Assembly (NCBI RefSeq): GCF_964194155.1
Contig: NW_027596458.1
Coordinates: 186,001 to 250,000, forward strand
DNA: 64,000 nt
Source of the DNA: Cetorhinus maximus
Lineage: Eukaryota
Direction of reading: 5' to 3'
Below are positions 41,101 through 49,938 of this stretch, piece by piece (within the stretch, counting starts at the first letter, position 1; each line of letters starts with the position of its first letter). The position numbers and the translations under genes were made by a program. Below the pieces are notes generated by a model. It was not told where the DNA came from and ran no database searches. It saw nothing but the letters and a program-made list of their open reading frames with translations.

Positions 41101-41486
41101 GGGTAGGGGGCAGAAAGGCAGTGTCGGGGTACGGGGCTGACATGCAGTGTCGGGGTACGGGGCTGACATGCAGTGTTGGGGTACGGGACTCACGGGCAGT
41201 GTCGGGTTACGGGGCACACAGGCAGTGTCAGGGTACGGGACACATGGGCAGTGTCGTGGTACGGGGCAGAAAGGCAGTGTCGGAGTACGTGGATACGGAC
41301 AGTATTGGGGTACGGGACACACGGGCAATGTCGGGGTACAGGACACACGGACGGTGTCGGAGTACTGGACACACGGGCAGTGTCGGGGTACAGGACACAC
41401 GGACAGTGTCGGAGTACTGGACACACGGGCAGTGTCGGAGTACTGGACATAGGGCAGTGTTGGGGTAGGGGGCAGACAGGCAGTGA
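17140..41486. repeat. Minisatellite B: 26-bp unit GGGCAGTGTCGGGGTACGGG(A/G)CACA(C/T), roughly 930 copies
   Basis: Continuous tandem array. The 26-aa periodicity of the spurious ORFs (GHTGSVGVRDTRAVSGYGTHGQCRGT) equals 3 x 26 bp. The plus strand is G-rich and many variant monomers are present. Confidence 0.97.
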
Positions 41487-41616
41487 CAGATGTTTCTTTA
41501 GAAATGAATAAAGAACAATAATAAAGATTAAATAAAGAATAACCCAGTCAGGAACAATGAGAACCTCTCAATCCGCGTGTGTGTATTTTTTTGGTTCTCC
41601 GGTAACTGAGGCCTAC

Positions 41617-41763
41617 CTCACATGTGTTAACGGAAGGCAATCCTTTCCGGAGACTCTTGGCGACGGGTTTAGGAATCATTCGGTACAGAAGGTCATCTGT
41701 CTTCTTCATCTCGTAATCCAACATCTTCATACTCTCTTCAAGTTTACTCGACTTCTTTTGCTC
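41617..41763 (-). CDS. Gyc88E-like: Soluble guanylate cyclase (Gyc88E-like) exon, coiled-coil/signalling helix (147 bp, 49 codons, phase 0/0)
   Basis: Acceptor CTGTTCCATTTTAG| (AG at 41765-41764) and donor GAG|GTAGGC (GT at 41616-41615). Encodes [49 protein letters not shown], which contains the sGC motif KKTDxLLYxMIPxxVAxxLR. Confidence 0.95.
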
Positions 41764-41831
41764 CTAAAATGGAACAGAGGCAGTGGAGCCGACACATGAT
41801 TTATACGGAGAGAAATCCAGACACTCACATT

Positions 41832-44800
41832 CCCACACCCAAATACCCCCACACCCAAATACTCCCACACCCAAATACCCCCACACCAAAATACCCCCAC
41901 ACCAAAATACCCCCACACCAAAATACCCCCACACCCAAATACCCCCACACACAAATACCCGCACACCCAAATACCCCTACACCCAAATACCTCCACACAC
42001 AAATACCCCCACACCCAAATACCCCCACACCCAAATACCCGCACAACCAAATACCCCCACACCCAAATACCTCCACATTCAAATACCCCCACACCCAAAT
42101 ACCCCCACACCCAAATACCCCCACACCCAAATACCTCCACACCCAAATACCACCGCATTCAAAGACCCCCACACCCAAAGACCCCCACACCCAAATACCC
42201 CCACACCCAAATACCCCCACACCCAAATACCCCCACACTCAAACACCCCCACACCCAAATACCCCCACATCGAAATATCCTCACATCGAAATACCCCCAC
42301 ACCCAAACAGCCCCACACCCAAATACCCCCACACCCAAATACCCCCATATCGAAATACCCTCACACCCAAATAGCCCCACGCCCAAATACCCCCACACCC
42401 AAATACCCCCACATCGAAATACCCTCACATCGAAATACCCTCACACCCAAATACCCCCATACCCAAATAATCCCACATAGAAATACCCTCACACTCGAAT
42501 ACCCCCACACCCAAATAACCCCACATCGAAATACCCCCACACCCAAATGGCCCCAGACCCAAATACCCCCACATCGAAATACCCCCACACCCAAATATCC
42601 CCACATCGAAATACCCACACACCCAAATACCCCCACACCCAAATACCCCAACATCGAAATACCCTCATATCGAAATAGCCCCACACCCAATTAACTCCAC
42701 ATCGAAATACCCCCACACCCAAATAGCCCCACACCCAAATACCCCCACATCAAAATACCCCCCACCCAAATAACCCCACATCGAAATACCCACACACCCA
42801 AATACCCCCACACCCAAATACCCCTACATCAAAATACCCTCATATCAAAATAGCCCCACACCCAAATACCCCCACCCAAATAGCCCCATGCCCAAATACC
42901 CCCACATCGAAATACCCACACACCCAAATACGCCCACACCCAAATAACCCCACATCAAAATACCCCCACGCCCAAATAGCCCCACGCCCAAATACCCCCA
43001 CATCGAAATACCCCCACACCCAAATAACCCCACACCCAAATACCACCACACCCAAATACCCCCACACCCAAATACCCCCACACCCAAATACCCCCACATT
43101 CAAATACGCTCACACCCAAATACCCCCACACCCAAATACCCCCACACCCAAATACCCCCACACCCAAATAGCCCCACACCCAAATACCCCCACACCCAAA
43201 TACCCCCACACCCAAATACCCTCACACCCAAATACCCCCACATCGAAATACCCCCACGCCCAAATAGCCTGAAACCCAAATACCCTCAAATCGAAATTCC
43301 ACCACACCCAAATACCCCCGCACCCAAATACCCCCACATCGAAATACCCCCACATCGAAATACCCTCACACCCAAATACCCCCACACCCAAATACCCCCA
43401 CACCCAAATACTCCCACATTCAAATACCCTCACACCCAAATACCCCCACACCCAAATACCCCCACACCCAAATAGCCCCACACCCAAATACCCCCACACC
43501 CAAATACCCCCACACCCAAATACCCCCACACCCAAATACCCCCACACCCAAATACCCTCACACCCAAATACCCCCACATCGAAATACCCCCACGCCCAAA
43601 TAGCCTGAAACCCAAATACCCTCAAATCGAAACACCACCACACCCAAATACCCCCGCACCCAAATACCCCCACATCGAAATACCCCCACATCGAAATACC
43701 CTCACACCCAAATACCCCCACACCCAAATAGCCCCACGCCCAAATACCCCCACATCGAAATACCCCCGCATCCAAATACCCCCACACCCAAATACCCCCA
43801 CATTGAAATACCCTCACACCTACAAACCCCCACATCAAAATACCCCACACCCAAATGCCCCCACACCCAAATACCCCCACATCGAAACACCCCCACATAA
43901 GAATACCCCACACCCAAATACCCCCACATCCATATACCCCCACATCCAAATACTCCCACATCCAAATACTCCCACATCCAAATATCCCAACATCCAAATA
44001 CCCCCACATCCAAATACCCCCACATCCAAATACACCAACACCCAAATACACCCACATCCAAATACCCCCACATTGAAATACACCCACACCCAAATACCCC
44101 CACATCAAAATACCCCCACACCCAAATATCCCCACATCAAAATACCCACACACCCAAATACCCCCACACCCAAATACCCCAACATCGAAATACCCTCATA
44201 TCGAAATAGCCCCACACCCAATTAACCCCACATCGAAATACCCCCACACCCAAATAGCCCCACACCCAAATACCCCCACATCGAAATACCCCCCACCCAA
44301 ATAACCCCACATCGAAATACCCACACACCCAAATACCCCTACATCAAAATACCCTCATATCAAAATAGCCCCACACCCAAATACCCCCACCCAAATAGCC
44401 CCATGCCCAAATACCCCCACATCGAAATACCCCCACACCCAAATACGCCCACACCCAAATAACCCCCATCAAAATACCCCCACGCCCAAATAGCCCCACG
44501 CCCAAATACCCCCACATTGAAATACCCCCACACCCAAATACCCCCACACCCAAATACCTCCACATTCAAAGACCCCCACACCCAAAGACCCCCACACCCA
44601 AATACCACCACACCCAAATACCCCCACACCAAAATACCCCCACATTCAAATACCCTCACACCCAAATACCCCCACACCCAAATAGCCCCACACCCAAATA
44701 CCCCCACACCCAAATACCCCCACACCCAAATACCCCCACACCCAAATACCCCGACACCCAAATAACCCCACATCGAAATACCCCCACACCCAAATAGCCC

Positions 44801-45671
44801 GAAACACAAATACCCTCACATTGAAATACCCCCACACCCAAATACCCCCACACCCAAATACCCCCACATCGAAATACTGTCACATCGAAATACCCTCACA
44901 CCCAAATACCCCCACACCCAAATACCCCCACACCCAAATAGCCCCACGCCCAAATACCCCCACATCGAAATACCCCCGCACCCAAATACCCCCACACCCA
45001 AATACCCCCACATTGAAATACCCTCACACCTACAAACCCCCACATCAAAATACCCCACACCCAAATGCCCCCACACCCAAATACCCCCACATCGAAACAC
45101 CCCCACATAAAAATACCCCACACCCAAATACCCCAACATCCGAATACTCCCACATCCAAATATCCCCACATCCAAATACCCCCACATCCAAATACACCAA
45201 CACCCAAATACACCCACATCCAAATACCCCCACATTGAAATACACCCACACCCAAATACCCCCACATCAAAATACCCCACACTCAAATACCCCCATGCCC
45301 AAATACCCCCACATCGAAATACCCCACTCCCAAATACCCCCACACCCCACACCCAAACAGCCCCACACCAAAATACCCCCACTCCAAAAAACCCCTCATC
45401 GAAATACTCCCACACCCAAATACCCCCACATTGAAATACCCCACACCCAAATACCCCCACACCCAAACAGCCCCACACCAAAATACCCCCACACCAAAAT
45501 ACCCCCACATCGAAATACCCCCACACCCAAATACCCCCACATTGAAATACCCCACACCCAAATACCCCCACACCCCACACCCAAACAGCCCCACACCCAC
45601 ATACCCCCACAACAAAATACCCCCACAACAAAATACCCCTACACCCAAATACCTCCACACTCCCATGCCCA
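41832..45671. repeat. Minisatellite C: 16-bp unit CCCAAATACCCCCACA (variant TCGAAATACCC(C/T)CACA), roughly 240 copies
   Basis: Tandem array with a 16-aa periodicity (TPKYPHTQIPPHPNTP) equal to 3 x 16 bp. The minus strand reads TGTGGGGGTATTTGGG. Confidence 0.96.
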
Positions 45672-45683
45672 TATAACCCCACA

Positions 45684-47680
45684 ACATAAGAACATAAGAA
45701 CTAGGAGCAGGAGTAGGCAATTCAGCCCATTGAGCCTGCCCCGCCACTCAATACGATCATGTCTGATCTCATTTCGGCCTCAACTCCAATTTTCCCCCCC
45801 TTTCCCCATAACCTTTCAACCCGTTGATAATTAAAAATCTGTCAATCTCCTCCTTAAATTTACTCAGCGTCCTGGCATCCACTGCACTCTGAGGTAGTGA
45901 ATCCCACACCTTTTGAGAAAAGTAATCCCTCCTCGTCTCTGATTTAAATCTACCACCCCTAGCCTAAATCTATGGCCTCTCGTTCTAGAATGCCCCACAA
46001 GGAGAAACATCCATTCCACGTCTACATTGTCTCTCCCCTTTAGCATCTTATATACCTCAATTAGTTCTCCTCTCATCCTTCTAAACTCTAGCGAGTATAG
46101 GCCTAAACTACTCAATCTCTCCTCATAAAACAAGCCCCGCATCTCTGGAATCAATCTAGTGAACCTCTTCTGAACCACCTCCAATGCAACTACATCCTTC
46201 CTCAAGTAAGTAAAACTGTGCACAGTACTCCAGGTGCGGTCTCACCAATGCCTTGTACAGCTGCAACAACACTTCCCTATTTTTATGCTCTATTCCTTTA
46301 GCAATAAATGCCAAAATTCCACTTGCCTTCCTTATTACCTGCTGTACCTGCATACTAGCCTTCAGTGATTCATGCACGAGGACACCCAGATCCCTCTGCA
46401 CTGAAGCATTCTGAAGTTTCTCTCCATTTAAATAATACATCGCCTTTTTATTCTTCCGACCAAAATGGATAACCTCACATTTATCCACATTAAACTCCAT
46501 CTGCCAAATTTTGGCCCATTCACCTAACCTGTCCATATCCATTTGTAAATTTCTTATTTCTTCATTGCTACTTACTTTCCCACCTATTTTGGTGTCATCT
46601 GCAAATTTAGCTATAATACCTTCTGTCCCTGAATCCAAGTCATTAATATAGATTGTAAATGGTTGGGGGCCAAGGACCGAACCCTGTGGCACCCCACTAG
46701 TTACAGCTTGCCATCCAGAAAAAGACCCATTTATCCCGACTCTCTGCTTTCTGTTGGTTAGCCAATCCACTATCCAAACTAATATATTACCCCTAACTCC
46801 GTGTGATCTTATCTTGTGTATTAATCTTTTGTGCGGTACCTTATCAAAGGCCTTCTGGAAGTCCAGATATACTACATCTACAGGATCCCCACTATCCACT
46901 TTGCTTGTCACATCTTCAAAGAACTCTAGCAAATCAGTCAAACACGATTTACTCTTCATAAAACCATGCTGACTCTGATGGATTGCAATTTGACTTTCCA
47001 AATGTCCCATTACTACTTCCTTAATAATGGATTCCAACAATTTCCCAATGACAGACGTTAAACTAACTGGTCTATAGTTTCCTACTTTCTGCCTCCCCCC
47101 CCCCTTTTTGAATGAAAGTGTTATATTAGCATTTTTTGAATCCACTGGAACCTTTCCAGAATCCAGGGAATTTTGGAATATTATAGCCAATGCATCCACT
47201 ATCTCTGCTGCCACTTCCTTTAAGACCCTGGGATGTAGGCCATTAGGTCCTGGGGACTATTCACCCTTTAATCCCAATAGTATGTTCAGTACTTTTTCTC
47301 TAGTGATGGTGATTGTTCTAAGTTCCTCTTTCTCTATACCCTCTGAACTACCTGTTACTATTGGGGCGGTACTAGTGTCCTCCATTGTGAAAACTGAGGC
47401 AAAATATTGATTAAGCATCTCTGCCATTTCTGCGTTTCCCACTATTAACTCCCCAGTCTCATCCTCCAAGGGACCAACATTCACTTTAGCTACTCCCTTT
47501 CCTTTTATATACTTGTAGAAGCTTTTGCTATCAGTTTTTACATTTTGCGCTAGTTTTCTTTCATAATTTACCTTTGCTCTTTTTATTATTTTTTTAGTAA
47601 CCCTTTGTTCATCTTTAAAAGTTTCCCAATCTTCCAGCCTGCCACTGACCTTTGCAATTTGATATACCTTAGTTTTTGCC
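45684..47680 (-). mobile_element. 5'-truncated, frameshifted CR1-clade LINE (ORF2 reverse transcriptase region plus 3' UTR) with 12-bp target-site duplication
   Basis: ORF 46156-47214 carries the non-LTR RT motifs NYRPVSLTS, QHGF, VYLDFQKAFDKVPH, GVPQGSVLGP and FADDTK. The C-terminus continues in another frame (45864-46223). The minus-strand 3' tail is (TTCTTATG)2. TATAACCCCACA flanks both ends (45672-45683 and 47681-47692). Confidence 0.95.
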
Positions 47681-48345
47681 TATAACCCCACACCCAAATA
47701 CCCCCACATCGAAATATCCCCAGATCAAAATACCCTCACATCAAAATGCCCCCGTTCTCAAACACCCACACCCCCATACCCAAATATTCTCATACCACAC
47801 ACCCAAATACCCCCAACCCAACTACCACACACCCCCACACCTCCTATCTAAATTCCCCCACACTCCACACACAAATACGCACATGCTACACCCACACACT
47901 CAAATAAACCCCCACTCCTTCACCCACATACTCCCCTTACCCCCACACCCAAATTCCCCCATGTCCAAATTCCCCAATACCCTACACCCCTCCAACCTCC
48001 TACACATCCCCACACCCAAACACCACCACCACCCACCGCCTAACCCACACCACAACACCCCCATAATCTCCCCACAACCCACCATAAACCTACAATCCTC
48101 TGTCTATGAAACAGCCCCCAAACTCCCTACATGCACAAATCCCCCACAGAACACATGTGCACAATCGCATATCCTTCCCCTTACATGTCCTAACCCCGCC
48201 CAGACCGCCAACCTCTCGCACAACCATATCCCCAACCACTCACCACACCTCCACCAATGCCAACCCCACAAACACAGCACATCCCCTGCTACCCCCAATA
48301 CCAACCCCAGGCACCTGACTGCATCCTGACAACAACCCCTCCACA
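47681..48345. repeat. Degenerate continuation of minisatellite C / C+A-rich low-complexity sequence
   Basis: Begins with recognisable CACCCAAATACCCCCACATCGAAAT units right after the LINE TSD, then decays towards the exon donor. Confidence 0.75.
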
Positions 48346-48373
48346 CACATGAACACACTGAGCCTGCACCTAC

Positions 48374-48503
48374 CTGGATGAGAGCCCGTTTCAATTCCTC
48401 AGACTGTTGGGTCCCAGCAAGAACCAGGTCACGACTGGAATCGTGCATACTGAGGTCATTGATGTACAAACCCGTCTTAAACATGGCACCAAGACTCTCC
48501 ATC
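48374..48503 (-). CDS. Gyc88E-like: Soluble guanylate cyclase (Gyc88E-like) exon, C-terminal H-NOBA/PAS region (130 bp, phase 2/0)
   Basis: Acceptor TTCTGTGTTGCAG| (AG at 48505-48504) and donor CAG|GTAGGT (GT at 48373-48372). One base plus 43 codons encode [43 protein letters not shown], containing the H-NOBA motif GLYxxDxxxHDxxRDLxL. Splices in frame to the 41617-41763 exon. Confidence 0.95.
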
Positions 48504-48532
48504 CTGCAACACAGAACTCAGAGTATCACTAA

Positions 48533-48962
48533 CCCAGTCACCAAACCCCATCACCCGGTCACCAAACCCCATCACCTGGTCACCAAACCCCATCAACCAG
48601 TCACTATCCCCATCACCCGGTCACCAATCCCCATCACCCAGTCACCAAAACCCATCAACCAGTCACCAAACTCCATCAACCAGTCACTATCCCCATCACC
48701 CGGTCACCAAACCTCATCACCCGGTCACCAAACCCCATCACCTGGTCACCAAACCCCAACACCCGGTCACCAATCCCCATCACCCAGTCACCAAAACCCA
48801 TCACCCAGTCACCAAATCCCATCACCCGGTCACCAAACCCCATCACCCAGTCACCAAACCCCATCACCCGGTCACCAAACCCCAGCACCCGGTCACCAAA
48901 CCCCATCACCCAGTCACCAAACTCCATCACCCAGTCGCCAAACCCCATCACCCAGTCACCAA
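48533..48962. repeat. Minisatellite D (exon-proximal part): 21-bp unit CCCAGTCACCAAACCCCATCA
   Basis: About 20 tandem units between the exon acceptor and the CR1 insertion. Confidence 0.95.
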
Positions 48963-49938
48963 GAAACAGGGATCAGATATATTAATGTCTTAGATGATTG
49001 AAGTGAATGTACTATCAGCAAATTTATGGATGACACAAAAATAGGTGGGAAGACAAGTGGTGAGGATGACACAGGGAGTCTACAGGGGAATATAGACAAG
49101 TTAAATGAGTGGGCAAAAATGTGGCAGATGGAATATAATGTGGGAAAATGTGAGGTTATGCACTTTGGCAGGAAGAACAGAGGAGCTGAATATTATTTAA
49201 ATGGAGAAAGATTGAAGAAAGCTGCAGCACAGAGGGATTTGGGGGTCCTTGTGCATGAATCCCAAAAAGCTAACATACAAGTTCAACAGGCAATAGGGAA
49301 GTCAAATGGAATGTTGGCCTTTATTTCAAAGGAAATGGAGTATAAAAATAGGGAAGTCTTGCTAAAACTATACAATGCACTAGTTAGACCACACCTAGAA
49401 TACTGTGAACAGTTTTGGTCCCCTTATCTAAGAAAAGATTGGGGGCAGTCTAGAGAAGGTTCAGTAGGTTGATCCCGAGCACGGAAGGATTTTCTTATGA
49501 GGAAAGGTTGAGCCGGTTGGGCCTGTACTCATTGGAGTTTAGAAGAATGAAGGGCGATCTTATCGATCTTATTAGGGGGCTTGACAGGGTCGATGCTGAG
49601 AGGTTGTTTCCCCTTGTGGGAGAGTCTAGGACCAGAGAACATAATTTCAGAATAAGGGGTCACCCATTTAAGACAGAGATGAGGAGGAACTTGTTCTCTC
49701 TGAGAGTAGTCAATCTGTGAAATTCTTTACCGCAGAGGGATGGAGAGGCTGGGTTGTTAAGTATATTCAAGGCTGAGATAGCCAGGTTTTTAATCAGTAA
49801 GGGAATCAAGGGTTATGGGGAAAAGCCAGGAAAGTGGAGTTGAGGATTATGAAATCAGCCATGATCCCATCAAATGGCGGAGCAGACTCGATGGGCTGAA
49901 TGGCCTACATCTGCTCCTACGTCTTATGGCCTTATGGT
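48963..49938 (+). mobile_element. 5'-truncated CR1-clade LINE fragment (3' part of ORF2 plus 3' UTR) inserted inside minisatellite D
   Basis: The translation DDTKIGG...WAKMWQMEYNVGKCEVMHFGRKN...RDLGVLV...LVRPHLEYCEQFWSPYLRK...YEERLSRLGLYSLEFRRMKGDLI is CR1 ORF2-like, with stops and frameshifts. It ends CTGCTCCTACGTCTTATGGCCTTATGGT (CR1-type octamer tail) and splits one monomer at CAA. Confidence 0.92.

Noticed and set aside
17140-41486. CRISPR-like array (26-bp partly palindromic repeat)
   Set aside because: The units are head-to-tail with no unique spacers, there are no cas genes, and the context is a spliceosomal gene with LINEs.
176-41486. Long-range pairing between the C-rich (array B) and G-rich (array A) halves of the intron RNA to bring splice sites together
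   Set aside because: The consensus units share only about 4 bp of complementarity (CCGU/ACGG), too little to support without folding calculations.
17063-41511. Hundreds of Gly-rich (+) and Cys/Pro-rich (-) ORFs resembling keratin-associated or metallothionein-like proteins
   Set aside because: They are translations of the 26-bp repeat, open in all six frames, with no frame preference, splice signals or unique domains.
48104-48373. ORF-track extensions beyond the exons (48104-48502 and 41548-41730) read as single-exon genes
   Set aside because: Similarity to sGC stops exactly at the GT donors (48373 and 41616); the extra residues are intron read-through.
48975-49000. YINVLDD/YINDL peptide similar to the cyclase LYINDLS motif
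   Set aside because: This is the CR1 reverse-transcriptase motif preceding (F)ADD, a coincidental resemblance and not a duplicated exon.
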